Shown piece by piece: positions 12,523-27,580 of a stretch of 64,000 nucleotides of DNA (its first letter is position 1; each line of letters starts with the position of its first letter). Source of the stretch: the human T2T-CHM13v2.0 reference genome, Homo sapiens. The notes under the pieces are model-generated. The model did no database searches and was not told the origin of the DNA. It was given only the letters and a program-made list of their open reading frames with translations. The stretch lies in NCBI RefSeq assembly GCF_009914755.1, contig NC_060926.1; one strand, written 5' to 3'. Made by a program: the position numbers and the translations under genes.

Positions 12523-14511
12523 TTTTGAGAATTTGTTTCAAGATTTAGAGCAGCTCTTGTAGTGCTGGCTTGGTAATGGCGAATTCTCTCAGCATTTGTT
12601 TGTCTGAAAAAGACTGTCTTTCCTTCATTTATGAAGCTTAGTTTCACTGGATACAAAATTTTTGGCTGACAATTTTTTTGTTTAAGGAGGCTAAAGATAG
12701 GATGCCAATCCCTTCTAGCTTGTAAGGCTTCTGCTGACAAGTCTGCTGTTAATCTGATAGGCTTTCCTTTATAAGTTACTTGGTACTTTTGTCTCACAGC
12801 TCTTAAGATTCTTTCCTTCATCTTGATTTTACTTAACCTGGTGACTATGTGCCTAAGTGATGATTTTTTTGCAATTAATTTCCAAGGTGTTCTTTGAGCT
12901 TCTTGTATCTGGATGTCTAGATCTCTAGCAAGGCTGGGGAAATTTTCCTTGATTATTCCCTCAAATATGCTTTCCAGACTTTTAGATTTCTCTTCTTCCT
13001 TGGGAACACCAATTATTCTTAGGTTTGGTCATTTAATGTAATTCCAAACTTTTTGGATGCTTTGTTTATTTTTTAAAATTATTTTTTCTATGTCTTTGTT
13101 GGATTGGGTTAATTGAAAAGCCTTGTCTTTGAGCTCTGCGGTTCTTTCTTCTACTTATTTGATTCTATCACTGAGACTTTTCAGTGAATTTTGCAATTCT
13201 CTATTCATTTCCAGAAGCTGTGATTATTTTTTATTTATGCTATTTATTTCACTGGAGGTTTTTCCATTCATATCTTGTATCTTTTTTGTTAATTTCTTTA
13301 AGTGGGACTTTACCTTTCTCTGATGTCATCTTGAACTACTTAAGAGTCGATTTTCAGAATTCTTTTTCTGGAAATTAAGAGATTTCATCTTGGTTTGGAT
13401 CCATTGCTGGTGAGCTAGTGTGATCTTTTGGGGGTGTTAAACAAACTTGTTTTGTCATATTACCAAAACTGCTTTTCTGGTTCCTTCTCATTTGGTTAGA
13501 CTATGTCAGAGGGAAACTCTGGGACTCAAGGGCTGCTGATCAGATTCTTTTGACCCACAGGGTGCTCCCTTGATGTGGTTCTCTCTTCCCTCCCCTAGGA
13601 ATGGGGCTTCCAGAGAGCCAAACTGCAGTGGTTGTTATTTCTCTTCTGGATCTAGCACCCAGTGGAGATGCCAGGCTCTGGGTTGACACTGGAGAGTGTC
13701 TGCAAGGAGTCCTGTGATGTGATCTGTCTTCGGGTCTCTCAATTGTGGATACCAGCACCTGATCTGGTGAAGATAACAGGGGAGGGAAGTGTACTCTGTG
13801 AAGGTCCTTGATTGTATTTTTTTAAATGTGCTGGTTTTGTGTTGCTTGGCCTCCAGCCAGGAGGTGGCACTTTCAAGAGTGCATCAGCTGCAGTAGTATA
13901 GGGAGGATCAGGCAGTGGGTGGGGCCATAAAGCTCCCAAGAGATTATGTTCTTTGCCTTCAGAGTTCCTCAGCTGTACCATGGAGTCTACAACAGCAATC
14001 CACCCCCTTCAAAAGGCCATGGATTCTCTTGGCTTTTCAGGTACGTTCCAATGGTAATTCTTGGAACAAAAGTTCACAGTGTAGATCTCCACACACTGCT
14101 CAGGCAGTGGGTGCTGAAAGCTAGCCCTGCCTCCTGACTGCCATTTTCCTTCAATGATCTCCAGTATTGGATGTTAAACCCCTCATCTCCACTGGCTTTC
14201 ATGGCTTGCATGTCATCCAAGTTGCTCCTCTGGCTCTCCTCCTGTATATTTATTTCCTTCTTGTTTCATTTTTTTTAAATCACAGTTTCCTCAAGTTTTA
14301 CCCTTCATTCTAAGTCTTCTCCTTTATTCTTTCTCCCTGTATAATTTCACTCCTGCAATTTCATTTGCTCCCCATCTTTCCAACTTTATATCATCACACC
14401 TGAGGGTGCATTTGAGCTCCAGTTCTGCATTTTCAGGAGCCAATTACACAATCCCACATGCATTCCATGCAGGCTTTTTTTTTTCATACATAGATAGATA
14501 AATAGGTAATA

Positions 14512-15216
<705 letters not shown>

Positions 15217-15859
15217 GATAGATAGATAGAGATAAAGCTCTCTCTCTGTATATATGTATATATATAAATATGTAGTTATATATACATATGTTAGATACAT
15301 TTGTGTGTCTATATTTATAAATAACACCTTTCACTAAACGTTTTTATTTTATCTTTCTCCAACTCACTTAAATGAGTCCACAGAGTTGCCTGAACACAAA
15401 CTTTAGAGGTGAGAGCAATCCTGATTCTATCTTATTTCTCATATTCAATTGGTGATAAAGACCTATCATTTCAATCTCTCACATACCGCCCATCATTCAG
15501 GGTACTTACAAGTGCCTCCATACGGATATTCATCTCTTCAGTAAAAATTAACTCTTCTTACTGTATTTAAAGCACAGATCTGATTCGGTTTTTTTCCCCA
15601 CTAAATTCTTACCCTTTTCTAGGCTTATAAGATATTTAACCATTTAATCCTAACCTGACATTCCAAATTTATTGTCATTGCTTTTCCTCCAATTGTGATC
15701 TCTACCAAAGTATATACTTGACCTAACTAAGCCCTATCATTTTCTCTTTACCATTTCTTCCATGTGGATTCCCCTGTCTTTACTTGGCCTCGTGGAAAAT
15801 TCCTACTCATGTTAAAACACAAGATTTATGAAAGGCTCCTAATTTCCTAACATTCTATA

Positions 15860-16030
15860 AAGCCCTTTACATAAATTTTCTTATTTAATCTTCAAAACTA
15901 CCCTATGGCAAAAACATTTTTGCATTTCCATTTTACAGAAGAGGGAACTACAGACTAATGTGGATAAAAACCTTGTTCATGGGCATATCATTATCGTGTA
16001 GTAAAGTTTGTATTTGAACTCATACTTTTT
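15860..16030 (-). mobile_element. MIR
   Basis: 'cttatttaatcttcaaaactaccctatg...ccattttacagaagagggaacta'. Confidence 0.7.
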
Positions 16031-16189
16031 ACTATAAGCTATATTAGTCACTTCCAGTGCCAACTCATACAGTTTTTCCCCTGTAAATTCATTTGTGTTT
16101 CCCCTCTTCTCTTGCCATAATACTTATTACATCCCCTTGACCACAGAGCATACTTTTAAGCTTCTACTGTAGAATTTGTATATTTACAT

Positions 16190-16296
16190 GTAATTGTTGT
16201 GTCTAGTAATTGAGTATCTTGATAGCAGCCATTGTACCTTATTTGTATTTAAATCCAACATTAGTGCTTGGTAGATAGTAAGTTTTGTTGAATGAA
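16190..16296 (+). mobile_element. L2 3' end remnant
   Basis: 'ctagtaattgagtatcttgatagcag...agtgcttggtagatagtaagttttgttgaatgaa' resembles the L2 3' terminus. Confidence 0.55.
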
Positions 16297-16709
16297 AACT
16301 AAATAAAGAGATGACCCACAATAAAAGAAAGTATAATATTTTGGTCACTAACATAGGACAGTGATTATGTGTTTATTTTCTAGTTTGAAAACAATGGTAA
16401 AATACAAAAGAAAAAGTATTATTTATTTTCATATAAAAGATTTTATATGAACTGTATGAATCCTCTTATCCCTTTTCTCCAACATTCTAAACCCCATCCC
16501 TGAAACCTACCTAAAAATAAAATTCATGTAAAATGAAGAAGAGGAAATAGTGCCTTAAAAATTTCTAGCATCGATTCATATTACTCTTTTGAATTACTTT
16601 TAAAGTGTTCAGTTAAACCACTGTTTTGGAATTTTTTTAGCATATGAATTTTCTTGACAAATCATGTTGTGACATTTATAAAAAATATTATACCAGAAAT
16701 CCAGAGTTG
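16241..16709 (+). repeat. Left arm of a 469-bp inverted repeat
   Basis: Reverse complement of 17895-18363 with 6 substitutions and no indels by manual alignment. Confidence 0.96.
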
Positions 16710-17079
16710 CAGTGTCAAAAGTTATTTTAAAATATCCATGAGTAGGTAGACAGCCAATTACATTCCTGTAGTTTTCATCTACTGACCAGTGTAAATTATT
16801 ATATGGGGAGAGGATTATCCATGACGTAGAAATATCACTCTTTTCAGTAACTCTTCTCAAAGTCTGAGACATTTTCAGACTCTAATCACCTGGAAAGTGA
16901 AACACCAATTTTTCTCTTAAGTTGACAGGAAAATAACTTCTGTAACAGGTGCAAGGATCAATACAGAAGTTACATAGTATACAAAGTTTATCTCTTTTTA
17001 CCTCAAAAACTTCATTGTGGCCTATATGCTACTGGATAGTAAAAACTAACCTAAATAAACTAAAAAGCAAAGAAACCAG

Positions 17080-17200
17080 TGTTGTAGGTGGTCAGTTCAG
17101 GTTCTTGACTTTGCCACACAAAAGAATTTGTGAGTCCAAAGTAAGAGTAAGCAAAGAAGTTTATTGCAAAGGAAAAGTAACACTCTGAGAGGCAGAGCAT
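17080..17200 (-). mobile_element. ERV LTR fragment in the inverted-repeat spacer
   Basis: 'ttcaggttcttgactttgccacacaaaagaattt...gcaaagaagtttattgcaaag' resembles an antisense ERV1 LTR end including its polyA signal. Confidence 0.5.
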
Positions 17201-17894
17201 CTTATACGTCTGTAAAGATTCTAAAACACAACTTCTAATATCTGGCTTCCACCAAATTATCAAAAAATACATATTCTATGTCTTCTTCCTGAACCTAATG
17301 AATCAGGATTATTAAAGAGGGTACCCAGATATTGTATGTAGTTTTATTCCACCTCAGTATTTCAAACTCTTATGCATGAATGTCCTTTGAGTACTGCTGC
17401 TTTACTGTAACCCATTTAGGATGGAAAACAAATGAGAAATCAAAAGAACTGTTACACTAACAGCCAAGTACACTGTACTTCCTACTATGAAGATTACCTT
17501 GATATATTGAAAGAAATAAGAACTAAGCCTACTTAATGATTTTAAATTATTAGTCACAAAAATGACATTTATCCTATTCTCCATCTATGACTGGGACTGT
17601 CACTATTTGTGCTCAACCTGTTTCATCAACTCCTATCTGAACTAGCTAAAGGAACAGGCTAAGTGGGCATTTGTCTGGAGTAGTCAAATATCACTCAATT
17701 GTAAAGAAATGGAGAAAATTGATGAGACCTCCTCTCAGAAGAGTTCTGAGTATGTTTGGTAGTAATAATTTGATAAACTCCTTGCTGGTTATATGGGGCG
17801 GCAGTGAAGAGAAATGGACTGATGACACAGAACACCTAAGGGTAAAGGACAGATTTTTGTACACTTACTTGATAACCACCCCTCTGACACATCC

Positions 17895-18363
17895 CAACTC
17901 TGGATTTCTGGTATAATATTTTTTATAAATGTCACAACATGATTTGTCAAGAAAATTCATATGCTAAAAAAATTCCAAAACAGTGGTTTAACTGAACACT
18001 TTAAAAGTAATTCAAAAGAGTAATATGAATCAATGCTAGAAATTTTTAAGGCACTATCTCCTCTTCTTCATTTTACATGAATTTTATTTTTAGGTAGGTT
18101 TCAGGGATGGGGTTTAGAATGTTGGAGAAAAGGGATAAGAGGATTCATACAGTTCATATAAAATCTTTTATGTGAAAATAAATAATATTTTTTCTTTTGT
18201 ATTTTACCATTGTTTTCAAACTAGAAAATAAACACATAATCACTGTCTTATGTTAGTGACCAAAATATTATAGTTTCTTTTATTGTGGGTCATCTCTTTA
18301 TTTAGTTTTCATTCAACAAAACTTACTATCTACCAAGCACTAATGTTGGATTTAAATACAAAT
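17895..18363 (-). repeat. Right arm of a 469-bp inverted repeat
   Basis: caactctggatttctgg...ggatttaaatacaaat is the reverse complement of 16241-16709. Confidence 0.96.
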
Positions 18364-20394
18364 CCAAACTATTATATCTGGAATAATAGTTTGATATGCA
18401 ATTTTTAATTAATCAAAGCTCCTCCTATGTTGGAATTTAGAATAAGAAAAAGTCTATGGAATATTACTTTATACTATTCGGAGTATAAATATTTCAAATA
18501 GCTAAAGTTCTTTTAAACGGTAATCATTCATGAATCATGTGTGCTTATTTTCTTTAATCAAATTTATTTTGTGTATATAAAATAATGTGTGTCATTTTGT
18601 TGGGGGTATTAAAATTGTTCAAGAAGACAACTTTTCCAAAAATCTGTAAGCATAATGAACCCTTAAAATTAACAGTACTAGCTACTTACAAATAATTTCT
18701 GTCCATTCATTAGGGTAAGCTATTTCAAACTTACGTTAGGAAGCATTTCTAGAGCCCATATTTGAGCTAATCTTCATATTTGGAAGTTAAAAAGCTTAAG
18801 ATGTAAAGTATCTTGCAAATATGTACTGAACAACTTGCTATTTTTAATGTCTGAATATCAACTTTTTATCTTTATATTTTCTAATATAAAATGCTTATTT
18901 TTTATTTTTAATATAAGTATTAATTTGATATGTTTAGGTTATATTTTGTGATTTATTTTATATATGTATATTTTTAATTTCACTATTTTGCTGAAAGTAA
19001 GAAAACTCATGGTACCAAGATAAGAAATATACCCAGCCTCATCTTGGTATTGTTTCAGAAAGAAATCAGATGGTTTGTGATTACTTCTTGCTATGACGTT
19101 TGCTTGCAATATTTCATTGCTCTCTCCTGTGACATTGGAGGACACCATCTTGATGTCAATAAACTTGTCTATGTTTCTGCAAATCAGACTAGCTTTCTCT
19201 TACCCTAGGACCCCAAGGATCCTATAACTAGTAAGTAGATATTTTTAAATATATATTAATGTTGAATTGTTCAAAATGTTATTGATTATTCTACTTCTTT
19301 GTGGTTGCTGCTTGGGTAAAATTATATCCAAATTAACTGAAATAAATATTGAACATTCTTCCCAAATATTTTTTAAACATTGTTTTATTAATATCCAAAT
19401 TTCTCTATTAGATCAGTAAAAAGATAGTTACTACTCTTTGTCCTTAAATACCCCTTTTTATATAATATGTGAATTATTGCCTCAGGAATATAATATTCTA
19501 GCCTGTACTATTCTGTACCTTTCAGGATACTGAACACAATGACACTTTGACTTTTATGCTCATTTAAAGTATTGACTATTTTATGAGACAGAGAAAATGA
19601 CACAGCATTTCTTTACAGACTTTTTTTTTGTTTGCTGATTTCACTCTTATCCTATTTGATCAGAGAATCGTTATCTTTCCTGACATCACATTTTATATTC
19701 ATAGAGAATTATTTTTTAAGGTGTCATCATTGAAATTTTTTAAATGGACTTTACAGTTAAATGTAAACACAATCTGGTTCTCCATAGTCACTGTAAATGT
19801 TTTGCTTCACTATTTAACTGAATACACTTTTTGTAAAATTTTATTTACCTTCTTTTAAATTTGGATTGTGTAAGTTTTACGTTTCAGATATCTTCTATGA
19901 AAATAAAAGTAATTTTACATAATATGGCAACAAATGACTTCAACAAAGTGCTGTGGTTCATAATATATTTTTACTAAAGGTTAGAAAACAGCAGAGGGTA
20001 GTTGGGAAAATGAGAAAGGAGCAGCTTTTAACTGAACACCAGATAACTTTAAAAAAATTTATTGGTCTTTATTCTTTATAGAGAACCTTGTACAAACTAT
20101 GAAGCCTCAAGTTCCATAACTGTGATTATCTTCCTTAGCCCTGCTTTCTCCTTCAAGGCCTTTCTTTTATATTTCCCCTTATATAAGTTCTTCTCTTGGC
20201 TCTACAGTTAATAGGATAAAAATTGGAACCTCTCTCCTCTTATTATCGACAAAATACTGGATTATTTTTCCCAATACAAACCTCCTTCTTCTACACTATG
20301 TAAATGGGGCCATTTGTTTTATCACCCCAAACACGTTTTTATGACTTGGAAACTAAGAAGACGTCTACCATGAATAGCAATACATTTACAACTA

Positions 20395-20600
20395 CAAAGA
20401 CTCGATAATTGATTGGATATAGAATTAGAGAGAGGAAGCATTAAGAATAATTTTTAGATTTCTGGAACTGAGCACCTTGGAGTTCTTTATTGAAATAGAT
20501 AGTATAGCCAAAAGCAATTTTGGGGAGAAGATGATGGAATCAGTGTTGGACGCATCAATTTTTGAAGTATTGAATGGATTACTGTAGGGCTGGGATTTTA
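20395..20600 (-). mobile_element. L2 fragment
   Basis: 'ataattgattggatatag...gaataatttttagatttctggaactgagcacc' is typical antisense L2. Confidence 0.6.
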
Positions 20601-21980
20601 CCTGGCTGGGGCTACAGATGATAATGGGGCAAAGGATTCGAGAGTGTTGGCAAAAGAATAGTTGGGTGGAGCAAAGGATTTGAGAATATTGGCCAAAGAA
20701 TAGTTGGTTGAAACAATGTGACACAAGGTTTGAGTTATTTAGGGAAGCAGGTGAAAACTAAATGGAATTAATAGGAAAAGGTAGAGGGGTAAAGGAACTA
20801 AAGATTTCAGTATGCTTAAAGAACAAATAGATAATGTGAGAGTTGGAAGAATGAATGCTAGTTTAAGGATTTCGTAAGTAATTCTGGGAGATGACTGAAT
20901 GGGCATGGATGGGTAAAATATAACCAATGTTGTTAGTGTTATAAAAGTAAACAGTAAATAGCTGAAAATCTGGACATATTATTTTGCATTATCAAAGGAC
21001 ACCAGAATGATGGCAAGATTTAAGTTAGAAAAGAAGTATTTGAATAATGAGAAGCCATGCAATTGACAGATGAAAATGATAATACGAGAACGATCTCATT
21101 TATTAGATTGAGCTTAATTTCAAAGGAGGTTTTATCTAGTGTTGTTGGAGCACCAGTGATCTGGAAGTTGCACTGAGTATTCAGGGGCATGCTAAGACCA
21201 CTTCAAGCCCCAAATTAATGGAGTATAGAAGAATAAGTGAAGTCCAATGTAGAGGGTGGATAGGAAAGTAATCCCTCAGAAAAAAAAGCTAGAATTCGTT
21301 TATGAGAAGAAGAAACAGTATATGCATAAACTAGTGGTCGACACAATGTATTTTTGAAGATAGTTGTATCAGAGGACAAAGAAGAAAGGTTGGGAAGGAG
21401 GCAGACAGTGGAAATCTGGCTTAGATACAAGAAATCACAGGCCATATATAGATGAATGCATGGGGAGATGGACATGTCAGCGGTCAGGGGAATTACTTTA
21501 GGAAAATGGCCAAGGATGGTGTTGACATGAGGTTTGCTGTAGTGATCTGGCTTTACAAGTAAGTACTTCTTCATCATTCTCTAAAGAAATAGGATAAATT
21601 TTACCTTTGTTGAGAAAATGTCCCTCACCCTGGTAGCAGCAATAATGGGGCTAATTATTTTACAGGATCCTCACCATAATTAGCAAATAGCACATACCTA
21701 GGAAATTTTTATTATATTCATTAAATCATTATGAATATTTATTAAATACTTCTATTCCAGACACTGTTGTAGAAATTACAGTTACAACAATTAGCAAGGC
21801 AAACAAGGTCCTGGCTTCCAAGGAGCTAAGCCTATGGAGCACATACTGATGTGAAAGTGCCCCTCTCTCTGACAGGAAGTTGGAAATGAACTGTTGACCA
21901 AAGTCCTTGAGTAACAAGAGACTTGAGTTTCTTGAGAAAAACTCCCTAGGCCCACTGAGGAGGAAGGATTGGCTAAACTG

Positions 21981-22854
<874 letters not shown>

Positions 22855-24621
22855 GAAATTAACTACTTTCAGAGAATGACAATTCTCCTTCTTAATTTTT
22901 AAAAAAGTGTATACAATGCATTAATGCCATGGATATAAGGCTAATTGTTTATGGTTCCTATAGCAGTCTGAATTTTAATAAGGGGTAGGAACAGAATTAT
23001 TTTTTATTTGTTTTGGAAGCTGCAAGAACTTGACTCTATATTTCAGAGACATTGTTAATAGTAGGTGGTGGAAAAGTTAAAGGTCTACATCTCTTTACAC
23101 TGTTACTTGGGCAAGCATATTGAGTCTTGTGCAAGATATTCCAGTGAATCTTAAATATGAGATAGAACATATGCTAATGTTTTCATTTGTAGGTATTTAG
23201 AAACTTGTGTGGCTTAGTTAATTTTTTCTTACGTATTTGTTTTCTTACATTGACACTCATAAAATTTTTGAATAGAATGATGAGACATTTTTTCCATGTC
23301 ATTTTCATGCCATTGATTTAATATTTCTTTCATGATATAAACTAGCTGATTGGAAGTTTTCTGGGTAAAAATTATTTATTTATTTAATGGGTAACAGAAT
23401 ATTGTATTAAACAAAGTACTGGTTGGTTATTTTAATACTTTGTTTTGGAGATAATCAAGCCAGCTTTATTTTCCATTCCACTCCCACTTTTTCTTGTACT
23501 CTTCTCTCCCTTTTTCTTAATCAATACCTGTGTATATGAGGAGTGGGCAGAGAAGGGGCAGAAAATATATTGCCACCCTCCCATCTTATGGCATATAGTC
23601 AGATTTTTTTGTGAAATTTCTCCAGCATTGAGAAGTATTTGATCTCTACTTGAAAATCAAGGTGCAACTTGAAATAGTCATAATGTGAATAATGACTTAG
23701 ATTAGTACACAGAGTTTTTATTCTTTCCAAAGTGGTGAATCTCATATTCCTGTTGTCTTCTGCTATACGTGATACTTTAGAGGGATTTGAAAAATTTCCA
23801 AGGGAAAAAGTATTTTTTTCTAAGAAACCCAGAATACACTCAATTTCCTTTTTATTATATTACATTGTTGCATGTTTTATTAATTGAATAATAAAATTAT
23901 TAAATATCTGTATACATGGATATCTATATATAAGAAAATGGAGAGATTATGTGAACATTCCTAAATTATCTGATATACCCATGTTCCTGATTTCTTATTA
24001 AAAATGCAGTTTCATAAAATGGTCATTTATTTTCTCCTAAGTACTCATGTTAAAGAAATAGTTCCATGCTCTTTAAAAGACTATGTGCTTATCATCAGTA
24101 TAGTGGCACTGGCTTTATTAATTTCTAATTTTTTTAGAAATTAATAAAGCTTAATTAATTTCAAAAATTTTAAATTTTAATCCTGATAAAACAAAGATTT
24201 AAAAACTTTAGCAACCACTTAGGAAAGCCAGGATAATAGACTTAAATATTATATTTTTAAGTGTTATTCCTTAGGGTATTTGGACGGGCATACTTCTTCT
24301 AACCTTAAAAATGCTAAATCCCCCTTGTTTCCAACCTGAGCAAATGTTATTCATGTGAAATGTCACTTTAATAAACATGTCTATGTTTATTCTGTTAATG
24401 AGACTCTGTAGACTAAAAATTTTTTGAAAAAATAAATCTATTCTTGAATTTAACTCTCAAAGACAGGGTTCAGGTCTTGAAATGGCATAACTATCACATG
24501 ATAGGTATAATGAAATATATTGATAATATGTTAAAATTTTCAAATAATTATATAAAATTCTTCCCAGGTTCACACAATCCTTTGTGGGCAATAAATAATA
24601 TGTCACAAATATGAATGAGAT

Positions 24622-25064
<443 letters not shown>

Positions 25065-26199
25065 GTTTTTTTTTTTAATGATAGAGAGTGACAGTACTTA
25101 TGCCCAAGCGAAGGACACGTGTCTCCTAAATGCATTGGAATTAGAATTTTAAAAGAGAAATATTCTGCTAGTCATCTATACACTGTTCCCATCACTTTGC
25201 TAATTCTACATCATTCTTTACTACCATTTTGAAAGTTTCTTTGTGAAGTGGCAAATTTTGGGACTAAACACATGTTTCTATTTGAAAAAAGTCTTATTTT
25301 TTGACTCAGAATACAAAGGCATACACTTGTATGTGATTCTTGTGAATATACAATCTTCTCTCTCTACTCGATGTGACTTTTCTAGAAGGGCTTTGAGGTG
25401 TGAATATGAATCAGGCCATTTTTGCTTCCCAGTATTCTTCCTTACACCTTAGTCAGAATACATCATCATCACCATGTTTGAGCCGACTCTTCAAATAGAA
25501 CATATTGTTGTAATAATTACCAAACCCTAGCCTCTTATATTTGAGCTGCTCTCCTAAGTAGGAATTTGATTCATAACATATTGTAGGAATCTGTGCATTT
25601 TAATTGTCCTTCTCTGTAACCTGACTGTGAAGCACTCCAATGTCAAGGATGTTGAATAATTCATCTTTGTCTTCTGGCACTTAACCGCAGTTCCTTGCAT
25701 ATGATAATTCTACTTACAATTTATTGAGTATCTTCTCTATGCTAGGCACTTTGGTAATTACTCAGTGTAGCCTTAACTAATTAACAAATTAATGAATGAA
25801 AGTTGAGTTAATCCTTCATGTTTGATGGCTAGAAGAAAAAGAAAAAGACCCATTTGTTCCATTCTGAGGGTGAAAGGACTGGTATAATTGGAAATGGGTG
25901 CAGATGGTAGCAGACTCACAGTGTCTGGCCGGACTTAGTATCTGCTAGTCTGATGCCCATAAAGGGGAAAAACACTGCAAGAGAAGAAACTATTGGAAAA
26001 ATACCACTTGTGGGAAAATGAATTACTGCGCTTTTAAATAAGTTTTATGGAATTTAACAGATAAACATTACTATAGAACAACGTATTTCAAAATTGAAAT
26101 AAAATATAATAGCATTAGACTATTGGGCAATAATTATTCATGGATAACTATTATTTGTGCACATCTTAAGAATGAGGCACTTTTGGAAAAGGCAGTCTC

Positions 26200-26565
26200 A
26201 TGCATACAATCTTTGACTGGCATTAGGCCACAAACATTTGCTTTATATAAAACATTTATTTTATATAAAACTCCCATTATAAAACTTTTGTGTTCTCTAA
26301 GTTCAAGGTCCCTAGGAATTTCTGTAAAGCAACTCACTGTGTATATCATTTAATCCTCTTCATAGTACCCTTTATAAATTGTGGAAAGGGGACTAGTACA
26401 AAAGAATAATGACATACTAGCTACTGATATTGATCTGTGTAATAAAGTATTTTCTGTCTCTGACTGAGGAGTCCTGTGTCTCTACCATCATCTATGAAAC
26501 TGTGGCACTCTCACATGACAACTTGCAAGTAGAGTAAAATCTCAGTCCCTTCAAAGCTCTTGACA
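26200..26565 (+). mobile_element. Old ERVL-type LTR, 3' part
   Basis: aataaa followed by the terminus 'cttgcaagtagagtaaaatctcagtcccttcaaagctcttgaca'. Confidence 0.6.
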
Positions 26566-27580
26566 TAGACCTGCCTGGAATTTGGTATTTATTAACATTA
26601 GCCATGTTTGACAATATCTTACCATCTTTTCTTAGTATCTTTTTCCAGCTCTGAGAATTTTAAAGTAAATGGGTAAATGTAACAAATACTAATTAATATT
26701 TCTCAATGATGGCATAATTGCCAGTAAAATCATCCACTTTGGTATCACTGTATAACTTTTATAGAGGAAAATAAGACATGAAAGTAGGCTGGTGTAGAAA
26801 ATTCACCATGGATTTAGATATTGAGCTATATTCATATTTTTAAGGACATAAGTAAGGCAAGTAATAACTGTAATAATCTACATAAGTAATGGAAAGACTG
26901 TTTTGATACTTGCATAAAGATATTTGAAATATAATTATTAAAATATAAAGAAGGTTTTTAATCAATATGTATACGTGGTACATTTTTAAAATCTGTGGGT
27001 TTTGGGCTTAGGATAATTTTATTTAATTTCCCTTACTGAAATAAAAAAGATCTACTAAGAACGAGTCTTCCTGTGAAATGAGAAAAAAGTTTTTAAAGAG
27101 TTTCTGTACTGAATATTTAAATACCCACACATTACTACAATCTGTAGACCACAGAGCATAGCAGATTCTCATGTTGGAATTGTGAAGCTAAATATTGTTG
27201 AGTTACTGCAATGGAGCATATGTTTGTGACTTAGTCTCTCACCTCTAATAATAGTCTTGTTATAATTGCACTGCAAAAAATGTTGGTTTTAAAACATCAG
27301 ATTATTAGGGAAAAATGTAATAAAATATTCTAAAATATTTTAATACTTAAACACTTAAAAACCATAAAGTAGGCTTTAAAACAACTGTCTTTTAATTCCT
27401 TTTTAAATATTCTTTTCAAAATTTTTTCTCTGCTTTCTCAATGCAATACTTAATATATTTAAGCAGCAACTTTAAAGAAATACTTTTCTGGTTATTTCTG
27501 TTTGAAGCGTCTTGAACAATACAATATAGTGTATACACTACAATTCTTTAAAGAAGCTCAGAAGATATAGTGTATATATA

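Larger units (their letters stand above)
7177..14149 (-). mobile_element. Near-full-length inactive LINE-1, L1PB-type, with nested Alu, LTR and microsatellite
   Basis: 3' end 'ttgggggaacaggtggtatttgtttacatgaataa'; ORF2 fragments (EN 11769-11981, 10507-10935, 10107-10352, 9465-9659, 8759-9004); ORF1 C-terminus 12498-12821; 5' end reads ggaaaatggcagtcaggaggcagggctag on the minus strand; RT FADD decayed to FTHD at 9877-9888. Confidence 0.93.

Noticed and set aside
8759-12821. L1 ORF1/ORF2 fragments as a functional reverse transcriptase system
   Set aside because: Many stops and frameshifts, FADD mutated to FTHD, and an LTR inserted; the second L1 is similarly dead (FADN).
16241-18363. Inverted arms as TIRs of a novel DNA transposon
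   Set aside because: No TSD or transposase ORF in the spacer; the left arm begins mid-L2; and ~99% identity is too young for primate DNA transposon activity.
18403-18443. Similarity to 33795-33838 (shared tgttggaatttagaat)
   Set aside because: Short; most simply explained by chance or by two remnants of the same old L1 3' motif.
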